From contig MU058844.1 of the NCBI GenBank assembly GCA_013265495.1, positions 4,703,535-4,767,534 on the forward strand: a stretch of DNA of 64,000 bases. The letters run 5' to 3'. Below the pieces are notes generated by a model, which ran no database searches, had not been told where the DNA came from, and saw nothing but the letters and a program-made list of their open reading frames with translations. Positions 1 through 12,936 of this stretch are shown in pieces. The DNA comes from Vicugna vicugna. Its lineage: Eukaryota. How positions within the stretch are numbered: position 1 is the first letter of the stretch; each line of letters opens with the position of its first letter. Both the position numbers and the translations under genes were made by a program.

Positions 1-904
1 GTCTGTTAGTGGCTGATTCAAAGTGTTCTAATACAAATACCCACCAGTTAGAGAGGGGTATAGTGCAGTATTTTACCTGATACTCTTTCACGCCCTGTTC
101 TGCTCTAGACCTGATTCTCTCGGCCACCTCTTCCTCATTTTTTGCCCAATTCCTATTTCTTTTTAATGCACCATCTTTAGGTAGAGTTCTAAGGAAAGGT
201 GTAACACATGTTCTGAATTCTCAAAAATCGAAATATGTCTATATTCTGTCTTGGATAACTGTTTGCTGCTACTGCACAGAAGAATGTAGCAGAAAGAAGT
301 GAAAACTTTCCTGGAAAGCCTATATTCTTGGATTTTGCATCCATTTATTCTCTATGGCAACCTTCCATTCCATTTACTACAATGAAGCATATACGATCTA
401 GCAGTTTAAAACATGCCTTTTGTTGTATTGATGGGACAGTTAAGGATATAAACTATGTGTTCAGTTGATTACAGGTGTCATCTCATGAAGTGAAATTGAC
501 TAAGTATAATTTTGCCATTAATTGGTGTCCATCCTGGGCATTGTGTTCTGCACACATTTAACTTGTGGGTAGTTCCTTTAAGATAGATCAGTACTTCCCA
601 GAAGACCTACTATAGGTCCTTGCCTTCACCTAGACCACTTTGCTGCCGTCTTATAAACTCCAGTGCTATCATAGAAAGTAAGGGCTCTTCTTTTTGGACC
701 CAAACTCACTCTGGCTTTAGGGCAAATATTTTTCCTTGTAGTTAAGTCAATCTTAGCCACTATCATCTGTATCTGTCTCATGATAATTTACAATTCTGCT
801 CCTGACATAAGCACTCATGTACTGTAAGCTCCTATCAAATTTACTCCACTTACTACTCAATAAGTTGTTTAGACAATTACTTATTCTTAGACTAATATTA
901 GGAT

Positions 905-1320
905 AGCTATTGAATTAATGAGGCTCAATATGTTGCAGAAATAAGCATGCAAGAAATGGTAGTGGTTTAGGATAACAAAGGTTTATTTCTCACTTATGCT
1001 GTGTATACATTCTAGGTCAGGTGCAGCTCTATTCCAAGGTGGTGTTCCACACGTTGCCTTCAATCCTGGACCCAAACTAAAGGAATAACCTTGATCTGAG
1101 ACATTGTTGACCTCACCTTTGAGGAAAGATAGAACGTAACAGAACTTTGCAACTGCTCTTAAAATTTCTTCTTGGAGATGCACAATATGACTTCTGTTCT
1201 CATTTCATTGGCCAACACAAGTCACAGGAGAAAGCTTGATGTCAACAGCTGGTAACAGATAATTCACCCAGAGAGGGCAAGCAGCAAATACTTTGAACAA
1301 CTCTATTCTATATTCTATAT
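905..1320 (-). mobile_element. Old MaLR LTR (MLT1J/K/L-like), degraded
   Basis: Motifs 'aacaaaggtttatttctcac' and 'ctcatttcattggccaacacaagtcaca' match the antisense of old MLT1 LTRs; ends approximate. Confidence 0.65.
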
Positions 1321-1439
1321 TAATTCTATAGCTGTGTTTCTGTTCAATTTCTCTTGTACCTACAATATTTCAGTAATGAGTCATCTGTTCCCTTCCTGTC
1401 TTCTCACCTGTTTTCTCATTCTAATAAACTAAAAAGTCC

Positions 1440-2075
1440 TCCTAATTGACTTTCTGAAATATTTTCTTCTATGTGTCCTATTCTTTATCTTTCCCACTAA
1501 AACCTGGTCAGGCTGTTGTTGTCTCTCTCTTGGACAATTACTCACATCTCCCAAATGGTACCTTCGCCATCAGTTATGTGCTCCCTCACATCTGTGCATC
1601 ACACACCCACAAGTTGATCATACCAATCGCCTGCTGAATGTCTGGGCCCTTGTGGGCTGATGGAGCCCTTCCTGATGTGAGGTCTGTCTCCTCTCTAGCC
1701 TCACTGTTCCTCATCCCATGACTCACTGCAATACTCTGAAGTGGCCTTTGTACTGCCCCCCCCAACTCATTCATTTGTGTAACTTCTACTTATTTTGTGA
1801 CATATCTCAATAGTCCTTGGAAAACCATTCCTAAACCTCCCAGGATCTTGGAGATCCTGTAACAGCATGCTGCTCTTACTATACTTATCTTTGTCATACT
1901 TGTTTTTGTACACCTGTCTCCTTCTCTGGACTACACACTCTTTACAGTCAGGGGCTGATTTTTACTCAAATTTGTGTCCCTTGAATGGCAGCAATTGTGT
2001 CTTTGTAATCACTGTGTTCTTGCAACCGAAACACTATCAGCTCATAATAGATGCTTGATAATTTTACTTGTTATG
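1440..2075 (+). mobile_element. L2 LINE 3' fragment
   Basis: Pyrimidine-rich L2-like segments such as 'tctctcttggacaattactcacatctcccaaatggtaccttc', ending in a decayed L2 terminus 'cataatagatgcttgataattttacttgtt'. Confidence 0.6.
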
Positions 2076-3029
2076 GTCATAAGCCAAAAAATACATTCCC
2101 TTATTCAAATTAAAAATTTATAATAACTTTCCAGAAGAACTTATAATGGATATTATATTTATATTTCAAAATGAATTGAACCATGTCTATAGGTTTTGTT
2201 TGAAAATGTACAGAAGTGAAATGTACATTAGTGTCATTAGTTCTTTCAGTTTTTCCCCCTTGTAAACAAATCTGTAACTCACAGATTTAAATATATTCAA
2301 TATGGGTTTGCTTATGCATTGAATTTCCTCATGAATTCCGTTTATTAATATCCTAAATATTTCCCTTGGTGCTTAAGAACCCTAATTTTGAAATGAATGG
2401 TTAATTTCAGTCAGGGTTAAAATAACCTTAACATAGACATAGCTATCACAGGGACCAGTGATGGGAAAATAGTTGTAAAGTTGCAGGTAAGGTAGAATAC
2501 ATCTCTAGTGTACACGTTGCATCTTACATTTGCTATTCTGTTTAGTGGCACACAGCAAAGGACAAGGACAGATCTTCAAAAAAGATTGTACTGTTCCAAT
2601 TCTGAACAATAAACATTCTTATATAGATGACTTGTTTTCTCTGGAGAAATTCTTCTCAGAGCATTACGTTACACAATTATTTCATTACCTGATATGCATC
2701 CAAAATTAAGAACAAGGACAAAAGTTTCAAAGTATTCTGAGAATGTCTAATTGAAAGTATGTAAAGCCTTCTATATAAATTTACATCTCAAAAGTATTAG
2801 TAATATACTAAAGGGGAAAAGAATCCTTAAATTATAGTACCTGGATTACTATGGCTAAAACATTCAATTGGGATCATATACAATTTAATGGGTCAAAATA
2901 TTCTGCTTTTTGGTCAATTGTGTTATGTATGTTGTCTCTTTAACTATTCTGGTATATCTTAAATGATGCTAAATTCCTCTGTACAATTGCAAGTAGATTA
3001 CATATACATGACTAACAGTCCAATGATAT

Positions 3030-3535
3030 TATTTCATTTGCTTAATAAAAAATGTTGAGCTCCTACTAATGATGGTGATACAGCAGTGAACAAATGAAGT
3101 GTCGACTCTTAGGGTTTATATTCTAGTGGATGGGATCATATGAAAAATTAATATAACCTTGGTCAGATTGTGATACATGGCATAAAGAAAGATAAAAGGG
3201 TAAGAAATTAGCAATGATGAGCAGGCATCTCTGAGAGGCAGACTTTTACACAGACATCTGAGTGAAATGAGAAAGTAAGTTATGATGACAACTGGGAACA
3301 GAGCTTTTAAGGCTGAAGACACAGGGTGCAAGATGACCCTGCAGCAGGAACCTGCTTCATCTGTCTTATGTGGCTGGTGAACAAGAAAAAGTTAGAAGGG
3401 GCCTTGTCTTGGAGTTCTTTTAGATCACAGTAAGAACTTCAGATTTTATTCCATGTGAGACAGGTAAACCATAGAATGATTCTGAGAAAAGGAACAGCTT
3501 TGTAACCCATGGCTTTGGCATTTGTGTAGAATATA
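3030..3535 (-). mobile_element. L2 LINE 3' fragment
   Basis: Begins with antisense L2 terminus 'tttcatttg...ttgagctcctacta...gatacagcagtgaacaa', followed by purine-rich L2 body. Confidence 0.7.
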
Positions 3536-4668
3536 TACTGTTAAGAGAAGCTTGTAGTGGCCCACAAGTGGTAAGAAATAGAACTTTGTCGGCATTCCAG
3601 AAGCCTTTCCCTTAGCTCCTTTCTGCACTCAAAAAATTACCAAACTTTTAAATTCCTTTAATAAACAAATAAATGTGTTAATTTTATTGATTTAATACAT
3701 TAATGAGTAGTTTTTTAAAAATTGGGTCAAAGAGCAGCATATGAAACTTAACTAAGTGTCATTTATTTCTATGATGATTGATTGATGGTGCTGACCCAAA
3801 CTAGGAGTTAGGTAGAAAGGCACATCTTAGTTAAATGATTTCTAAATGTAAAGGAGTATTTTCACATGGGGACTCTTTACTTATATAGTACACATTATGC
3901 AGGGTATTATTGCCAATGATAGAATGGTAGTCTCTCTGTCACATAATATCCTCCAACCCCCTCTATGGTTTAAATATCTAATTGGATTTCTCCTCATGAA
4001 GCTTATAAAGTACAAGTAAAGGTGTGTTACTTGTTCTGGTGAATAATGGGCATTTTTATTTCGATACGCAGTGTATTGTGTTCCTTATAATGTTAGTCAT
4101 TATTCTATTTGATGTGTATCACGTTCTCAGATTGATACGTTTAAAATTAATGAAGCATTTGTCTTCCCTGTGAAGAAACTAATAAGGAAATTTTATCCCA
4201 ATGAATTATGTAGACAGAATTAAAACAAATCAGTGTTATTTTGGGGTAGATATTTTCTGAATTCAAAGGCATCCTAACCATAACTATGAATTGATATGAT
4301 GCTTTGAAAAAAATGGTGAGTCATTTCAAATCAAAATTAAATAAATTAAATATGCTGAGAATGCTGGCGGCAGGGTTTTATCCCTGGATCTTAAATTTCA
4401 TGTAATTTTCTCCCTGATTTTGTCCTCCAAAGGGATAATTCATTGAATATATAGCACTTATTGAGTGTTTTCTATGTGCCAGACTATAGGGTAGTTACTG
4501 GGCTATTACTCCTTCAAAGATCAATAAGTACCCAGTTTGTTCTCAGTTTGTAATTTATCTGAGAAAAATGTATATGCAGTTAATTAAGAGGTGTTACAGC
4601 CAGCAAAGTTTGCAGCTAAACTATGTAGTAACTTTGTGTGAAGTAGAAGAAGGAAACCCTTTTCTAAT

Positions 4669-4787
4669 TATGTATGTATGTATGTATGTATTTAAATTGA
4701 TGTATAGTTGATTTAGAATGTTGTATTAGTTTCTGGTGAACAGCAAAGTGTTTCAGTTATATACACACACGCACACATTCTTTTTCA
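4669..4787 (-). mobile_element. Very short 5'-truncated L1 3' end (cetartiodactyl type) with (TATG)5 tail-derived repeat
   Basis: 'aattgatgtatagttgatttagaatgttgtattagtttctggtgaacagcaaagtgtttcagttatataca' is the antisense of the artiodactyl L1 3' terminus. Confidence 0.8.
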
Positions 4788-5004
4788 TGTTTAAGATGTA
4801 TAAATTAGAACAAGCTCTCCCTCTAGGCAAAGATAGTCCTAGTACTAAATGGTTCAGAAAACTGATGGCATCTTTGGGTACAAAAAAGCCACCCTCTCCT
4901 CCCCCAGCCCAGGCTTTTGTTTTTTAATTTCCCTGCAGGATATCTCCCTATGCTAGGACACAGGCAAAGCAAGTGGAGTACTGGTTGGATTTATGTTGTC
5001 ATTC

Positions 5005-5059
5005 TCTCCCTGGGTACTGTTGTGTAGTGTACAAACTGCACAACCATACCGATAGCCCC
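5005..5059. mobile_element. MER91-like hAT MITE, one arm
   Basis: 'gttgtgtagtgtacaaactgcacaaccataccgatagccc' resembles the MER91 terminal arm GTTGTGCAGTGCACAACCTGCACAAC...GGCAGCCCTG. Confidence 0.6.
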
Positions 5060-7374
5060 ACAAGGCAGGCAGTTATTCTAGATAGTATTTTGGGAAAACT
5101 CCCCACAGGAGAGGATATTTGAATATCAAACTTGAGAGCTGGAAGACAATTTTTGACAACTACTGAAGAGATAAGTAATCTCGGCAAGAAGCAGAGGTAT
5201 GGTATTTTCACATTTTGTATAGTGGCAAGAAATTTGATTGAGCTAGAATAAAAGATTCGTAGCTGGGAGCAATATGAATTGTGCCTGAAAATTTGGCCTG
5301 ATTTTGAAGAGCCTGAAATGGCTTGATAAGAAGTTCGACCTAAACAAAGGCGGTTTGGATTACTCTTGGAGAAAAATTAGGAAATGATATGAAGGATACT
5401 TGAGTTAGCAAAACATTCCATTTAGCACCACTTAAAAGTAGAATCGAGTTAAAACAGTGCAGCTGATAACTGCTTTGACTTACAGAATGGCATTCAGGGC
5501 TTCTGTCCTTTTCATGGCAAAGACTGGAACATGTCATGGAAGTTTAAATGACACCCCAAAAATAAGAATCTATTGACCCATTTCAAATTTTCATAAGTGT
5601 ATTTCTTTAAACAGACCTATTTTATTATCATTGTCAAAGTAATGGGTAAAATAAATAGAATAATTAAACAAACATGTTTTATGCATAATAAAAATACGTG
5701 AATATAAAACCAATTCATTATTCATAAAGTCCTATAAAACTTTAAGAGAATGTCAGCCTTATGAGGGCTAGTATATCTTTAAAATTTCTGCACATATACA
5801 TTTCTACATATTAGTTTTCACTCCAGCTTAATATATTGTTGATTCTTCTGAAAAGAACATCATTTAATTATAGTAGAAAAGGGTTGACTTTTTGATAGGT
5901 ATGGTAACTTTATGATCATAGAACAATTTACTTTTCTTTAATGCTCCTGTCAATACCATAATATTTTACTTTCGATTGTTCTAATACAAATTTGTCTTCT
6001 ACAATATGTTTTAAATTCAAATTCTTAAAGTTTATTTTTTAAAATGTATTAAAGATGAATACATTATGGGCTCAGATTGAAGTGGAGCCAACTCTTAACC
6101 TTTTAAAATGATATATTAAGTGTGTGATCCTACTCAGTGGAGAAGTTAACTTTTAACTTATCAGAGAAAACTCCTTCAAAAACAGGAATGAGAAATGATC
6201 CTTCTTAATATAGTTGTATTTCCCAGATTTATTCATACTGCCCTCCTTTATTGTCTTCTTTTCCTCTGCTTTCTGACTTCCAAGGTAAGTTCACTGTAAG
6301 GACAGGCTTTGGGACAATATTTCCCATTTACTTCTTATATATCAGGTAGAATACTAAACATGTGAATCAGTAGAGGTTTAATTAAATTTATCATTAAAAG
6401 TAAAAAATGGTTTTTGTAAAATGCATTTGACTAATGTAGGAAAAATGGGATGCTTTCCTGAACCCCTGTCATCTCTAAGTGTAGTCACTGTTAGGTTTGG
6501 GGTATATTCTTTCATATAGCTTGTTATACATATATAGATTTGATTAGCTCTAAGATTGTCACTGCTTAAGTTTCCATTTGCTACTGATGTCTGTCTATAA
6601 TAAATTCTTGAGCTTGATGGAATTTTGTCTTGATTTTTAAAAGTTTAGAAACCAAAGATATTTTATAAATTTAAAGTCACATTATATTCTGCATATATTT
6701 TAGGCAATTCTTAACAATTCATTATAATCTGAGATTCTTAATATTTAAAAATTCAGAAATTAAGACCACATATTTTGTTTCATGGGCAATGAAACATTTG
6801 CATGAAGATAAATTAATGTTGAAAAATTAGGAAGCAGACTGGAGGTGTATGGTACTGGAGACAAGGAGGTAGGTTAAGAGAGGTGTCTAAGGGCAGTATT
6901 GATTCTCATTAACAGCTCAGCCAGGCCACAGGAAGAACTGAAGTATCATTCATTGTAGCTCAGACTGCAAAAGAAGTTATTTTTGCTAAGAGCAGGTCTG
7001 CAGACAGTTTTAATAGTCCACTATGGTCATGACCCAGGCCCTCTATCTCAAGTTCAGACTCTCTTCAGAGAATGAATTTGGTTGGATTCTTAAGTCATTA
7101 TTCAGTATAGGGTGCATCAGTTAGAGCTCTCCTGCCACTCAGCAGCATGGTGGTTGATCAAATCAACCATGCCCCGTAGTGGTGGACCAGTGTAGTACAT
7201 TGTATGGTGACCACTGCATAACAGATCCCTCAAAATTTATCTGTGACTATTGGAGATATTTTAGGGATTTTTAGAGGTGGGCAGTATAATTAAAAGGCTG
7301 AGTTTTATAGCCTTACATTAGAAGACACTAACATGGGGGCCCAGATAATTTAGTAGACTGAGTTATTTGCCCAA

Positions 7375-7680
7375 TATAGAGACCACTTCTCTATCCCAGA
7401 GCCTGCTGGAATTATTTAAACTAGCCAATCCTGAACTGTTTATTGTGCCCTGTTTTGCCTTTCCTGTGGACACCCCAATAAAGACTACAGCTTAAGCTGT
7501 CCCCTTACTCCATTCTTCTATCTCTGACCACCCTGGTGACTTCCCATGACCTTGTGCCATGCAGAGAAACCCTCTCTAGACCTGCAAGTAGAGCAGACTT
7601 CTATCAAACCTCATTCTCATCTCTTGCTGTGGCTGCACTAACTTTATCATACCATATTCAACATGCGCATTTTTAAAACA
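7375..7680 (+). mobile_element. 3' half of ERVL-class LTR (MER54/MER74/MER88-like)
   Basis: Shares the block 'ccagagcctgctggaattatttaaactagccaatcc' with the LTR at 36909-37424; ends in ...aaaaca. Confidence 0.6.
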
Positions 7681-9091
7681 CGGGTATAGAAAAACCAAGA
7701 GAAATTTTGCTAAGAAAGTGTTGACTGGAGAGATTTCTGCAGGGTTCTTGCAGTGTGCTTGTTTTGGAACTTTGAGAGGAGCCCATTATAGGAAAAAGAC
7801 ATGACAGTATATGATAATGGGTACATATCAGCTGGATACTACTGGAGGCTTGGAATAATGAATGACAAAAACAATGACAAAATATGCATACTCAAACACT
7901 TAAGTCTCAGAGTAAATAGAAATGAGGGATGAATTCGATTTTTCACATCTCTTCTAAACAATGTGTAATACTTTAAAAATGAACAGCTCTTGTCTGAGCC
8001 AAATGTGAAGAGTAAGCAATTTAAGTAAGGAGGGAAAACAATTCTATAATAACTAAAAGTGCATCATATAGAGATGAGGTAAAAGTAAGTGTTATCAAGA
8101 ACTACTAAAAAAAAAAATCTGAATTATGAGTAATTGCAGTTCTGCAATCCTTAGGTGAGGAAAAACATAGCTTGGCAAGCTTGTCAGAAGGTAGCTGTGA
8201 AAATAGTGGTGAAATGTTCAGGCTGGAGTTAGTAGCTGAGTAAAGAAAGCAAAAACAACACTTTAAACCACTTTTGACAACAAAATAAACAAATTTTTAA
8301 TGATACATCTTTTTTCACCTCAAGTGTCTCTCACCAAAGAAAGAGAAACACTTCTAAGGTCTAACAGAAAGCATGAGATGAGAATAATTACTTTATTAGT
8401 ATGCAGTGGAGGAAAGAGGGTTAGTTTTTTTTGTCACACAAACCTGTATTATCTTCATTTCCAGGAACCCAGGAAGGACATTTTTAGGGAGATGATGATA
8501 GAAATGTCATAAGTTCTATGAGATTTGGTGTCTTTATTGGTAAAAATCACATAATATCTCAGACATTATAGGGCTACTGTGAATTTTAGGTCAGATTAAA
8601 ATTGGAGAACCTGTCATTTTTATTTTCTGTCATCAGCTCTACCATATCTTATTTATGTTAAAAGTAACTGTGAAGCAGACTCTGTCCAATAAGATAAGGA
8701 GCTAAATTACAATCTACACCCATATTTTGAAGATTCTTCTTTTGCCATTTTAGATGTGGTTTATTTGGTTTTTCTATACCCATAGAAGACAAAGAAAAAA
8801 ATTACAGACTTTTTTTCTGACTTTGTAGAGAACTGGATCTGTGCTTACAACATGTATATCTATCCACCTGAATTTGTTCTGGCATGATGACCTCTATCTC
8901 GACTGACAGGTTAATAAATTCATCTTTGATATAGACTATTTTGTTGATCTCAATCCATTCTTCAAACATAGTGCCTTAGTATACATTTAAAACATCTCCA
9001 TAGCTGGTGGTCACTTGGGCATCTGATACAGCTTGGTTTGGGGCTCTCTGAATGGTAACTGTCAAATTCTTTGAAGTGACCTTTAGGGATC

Positions 9092-9435
9092 TGTTGACCT
9101 GAAACAAATAGACTGCCAGATATTTTTGCAGCAAATATGAGTTTATTAAGGATCAGTGGAGAATTGCAGTTTAGGGTTTGCAACCATGGCAAGCCACATG
9201 CAATTCCCCAGACAGCAAGGGAAGGAGAACACTTTCATAGAGAGGAAAAAGAAGCCTCTTGAGAGAGCTATAGTAAACTAGGTGTCCCTGACTTTTCCTT
9301 GGCTGAATCCTTGTCAGGAAAGAAAAGGACTCTTCCTTCTTCCTGCCGGGCTAGGCTGTCATCACAGGGCATGAGAGCTCCCCCTTCTGTCTGTCAATTC
9401 TGTTTAATGGAGGTTTTTGTTTATGAATTTTTACA
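9092..9435 (-). mobile_element. Solo ERV1-class LTR, 344 bp
   Basis: TG...CA termini flanked by an exact 4-bp TSD GATC (9088-9091 and 9436-9439); AATAAA on the minus strand (tttatt at 9142-9147). Confidence 0.85.
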
Positions 9436-9744
9436 GATCCAACAATTGAATTTTATATTTTCCATCCACCCTTCAAATTTAGTGGAAATTCCTTTGTTCT
9501 TTATTCTGTCATGTCAGGACAGATAGACAAGTGCATTTTACTTATTATACATATTTGACTTCATTTGGTAATAGTTTTAGCTCCAAAATTGGTCAGCCAT
9601 AATAAAATAGTTTCTTCTGTGGTGTTTTTTTTTTCTTTTTCTTGATAAACAATTTAATTAGAAGCTTTTCAGTTTCTGAAATTCTGAAATTTCTTGTGCC
9701 CCCTGAGATTTCTCAGGATCTGTTTTTCATTTATTCAGTACTAC

Positions 9745-10550
9745 TGTGATATTGTGATTTATAAGAAATATATATCTAGTCATTCAGATGACCAAAATAT
9801 ATTTCTCATATATTTAGTCTTTGTCCCTGATTCCTGGCTCACAGCTCCTAAAACTCTCAAAATTTCCTGTGGTATGAGCGATAAAAGTGTCTTTTGGTAT
9901 GTTAATTAGGCGATTTTTTGGAAAGCCCTTAGGTAACCAAAAGATGGAAGGCTGGTTGCCAGGAGAACCAGCCACAGGATTAGAGAGTTAGAACTTTCTG
10001 TTCCTCCCCTACCTCTGAGAGGGGAGAGGGGCTAGAGATTGAGCTTGGTTGCTAATGGCCAGTGATTTAATCAATCATGCCGCTATGCCTCCAAAAAACC
10101 CCAAAAGGACAGGATTTGGAGACTTCTGAGTAGGTGAGCATGTGGAGACTTGGGAAGAGAGCATGAAAACTCTGAACCCTTTCCACATACCTTGCTCCTG
10201 CGTCTCTTTCATCTGGCTGTTTCTGAATCATAGCCTTTTATAATGAACTGGTAATCTAGTGAGTACATGGGTTTCCTGAGTTCGTGAGCTGCTCTAGCAA
10301 ATTAATCAAACCCAAGGAGAAGATCTTGGGAACTTCTGACTTATGTTGAGAAGTGCAGTAACAACCTGGGCTTGGGACTGCAGTCTGAATTGGTGGTGGG
10401 CTCTAGTTTTGTAAGAATAAACCCATAATACATGGAATCTGATGCCAGAATTGAATTGAATTATCTGAGACCAGGGTGTCTGAGAATTGTTTGTTGATGT
10501 GACAGGAACCCTTTCAACCTACTCATGGTAAAACTGGATCCAGGAAATCA
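9745..10550 (+). mobile_element. MER21-like solo LTR
   Basis: Starts 'tgtgatattgtgatttataagaaatatat'; contains MER21 blocks 'ttcctggctcacagctcctaaaac', 'ggggagaggggctagagattgag' and 'tgatttaatcaatcatgcc'. 3' end approximate. Confidence 0.85.
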
Positions 10551-10807
10551 AAAGTATCTCCTTGCTCTTTGGTTCCCTTTTGCACTTTTTGAGCTTCTGG
10601 GATTCAAGCCTATATCCAAGCCTAAATTTATGAAAAAACCCATAATCTGAATGTCTTACTTCTCAGTCGAGAACACAATTTAGTGATCACAATAAAGTTT
10701 CCAAAGGAATCACTCAAAAAAGAGTTATAGAAAAAATGATAGTAAAGTGGCATATTCATATCATAACAGCAGCCTTCTAGAAACCCGATCCATGAGCAAA
10801 CTACTAA

Positions 10808-11436
10808 TGAGACAGAAAGGGGTAGGGCACAGCCATTCAAGGAATGCTACAGTAATTAACATCAAAATGGTGAAAGATTCAACCCCCAGTAGGCCTTGAG
10901 GCTCAAGATGGTGGGAGATTTGACTTCTAGCAGATCTTGAGCTTCATTATACATTCATTGTAATATATTAACATGGTGAATAACATGCCCACAGGCCCAT
11001 GACAGTTTCAAGGCTAGCCACAAAAGGTCAAAGAGTGGGAAGTGGCCAACTTCCTCGGAATCCCAGCCCCTTCCCCAGGCTACTTAGACTGGTCCTTCCA
11101 CTTACTAGCATGTGAAGCCACTGAGCCCATAAAAACTGGCAACATGGTGCCTCGCCTCTGCACCCCCCCGACCCTTGGAGATGGCCCACACTCTGTCTAT
11201 GAGTGTGTACCTACTTTTTCTCTAATCTGAGCACCCAAACCCTATACCTTGTGGTCTTTCTCTTGCCTTTCAGTGTATCTCTCTGAATAAATCTACCTTT
11301 ACTCAACTGTGGCTCACTCTTGAATTCTTTGTTGCACGAAGCCAAGGACCCACACTTGGCAGGGCATGTCCCAGGGGCTCAACCGAAGCCTGGGACAAGG
11401 CCCTCCTCACACCCCACATCTGTTTTTCCTGCATCA
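10808..11436 (+). mobile_element. MER41-like solo ERV1 LTR, 629 bp
   Basis: TGAGACA...TGCATCA termini with exact TSD CTAA (10804-10807 and 11437-11440); TATA-like cataaaa near 11128; AATAAA at 11286; MER41-like blocks 'ccatgacagttt', 'ccataaaaactggcaac' and 'tgaattctttgttgcacgaagccaaggaccc'. Confidence 0.85.
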
Positions 11437-12936
11437 CTAAGAGTAGGGATTTTAGATTGTGAAAGAGAACTCTGGGCTAGTGGCCTTCAAATTATTTGCC
11501 ATTGCCTTGTTCTGTCAATAGTTTGTGATTTAACCCAATAGCAATTTTTTTCCTCAAAGTCAAATGAATTGTCATAACATTTCTTTACAAGCAGACTAAA
11601 TCATCAAGAATATAACATCAGTTTCCTAAGAAATATGAGGTTTGGAAAGAGAAGTGAAACAAGGTAAAGAGAGAACAGGGAGAAAATAAATAAATAAATA
11701 AATAAATTCAACAGTTTCCCTCACTAAGCAACCTTTTCTTTTGGAAATAGTTTGTGGTGTTGCTCAGAAAATATGCATGGGCAGAAAGTTTAGTTTTCTT
11801 TAAAATAAATACAAAGTTACATCTCACACATTTTTGGTAATATTGTTTTTCCTTGTGGACTTCAATAAAAAAACACATTGTAGTTGTAGATAATGCTTCA
11901 TTTGAAGAAGATGAACAAGGATCTTTACTTAGAAGTCTTTTCAGTAACCCATGATAAAAGTATTCAGTTTCTTAAGGTTGTTTTTATTCCCTCATCTTAC
12001 CAAAAGACAAAATCCTTATTTAGTCTTTTCAGATTTCCTGGTAGGAGATTTAAAGCTTTATGTGAGCAAGTCAATACTTTCTTTTGAACATCTTGCTGAT
12101 AAATCTTCTTTTATGAGACACATGATTAGTCCTGAATTTGAACAAAAAGACTCATCAAACCTATCTCTAGGTTTCTTTCATTTGAAACACTGAAATTTTA
12201 TGTAACATTGGTGTAGTAAAGCTTTTTCTTCTTCTTCTTGATGAAAGTCATTTGGATTTAACGTAACTTCTCTGGATTCTTTCAGTTTACTATTATAACA
12301 AAAAGTAGTTGTCTGATGGAAAAAAAAAACCTTAATTTTATTCTAATGATTTAACTTGTATCAACTCACTTATGGGCCTTTCTCAAACATTCTAGGAGAA
12401 ATTAATTGATAAGTCATTCAAATCAAAATGTCTAAGGTATTAAATGAATTTTTGAACCTAAATTAAACAAGCGTTTTAATATATAAAAATAAATTTTCTT
12501 ATCTTGGCTAATCACTTTTAATTTATTTTTAACTCTTAATTATTATTGGTGAGATATGGATAATATTCATTTGGTAAAATGTGGTTAGATTGGTTTCAAA
12601 GTATTTCTCTTCAGGACATGGCATAAGCTTTTTTTTTCCCCATGAACAAATCTGATGTACTATGTACAGACTACATGATATACTATGTGCAACACATACA
12701 TTATGTAACTTCATTTGTTTCTGCAGAAAACATTGATACTTCATCCAGGTCTCATCATATCCCATTTTTTGGCTGCCACTGCTTCAGCAAATTTTAGTGA
12801 ACCGTGGAGGCCAGTATGTGGTTTGGTCACATTTCTCTTTGCAGTAGCATTGTGAGTTTTCTCCTCACGAAGCTTCCTTCTCTTGGTATTTTCTGCTCTA
12901 AGTCTGGGATATCTGCATGTGCTGTTGAGACTGTAT

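Noticed and set aside
2411..2486. Exon-like segment between 'ttaatttcag' and 'cag/gtaagg'
   Set aside because: Stop codons in all three frames and a weak polypyrimidine tract.
7145..7172. Small hairpin GCATGG-TGGTTGAT-caa-ATCAACCATGC
   Set aside because: An 8-bp core stem is expected by chance in 64 kb; too short for a miRNA precursor.
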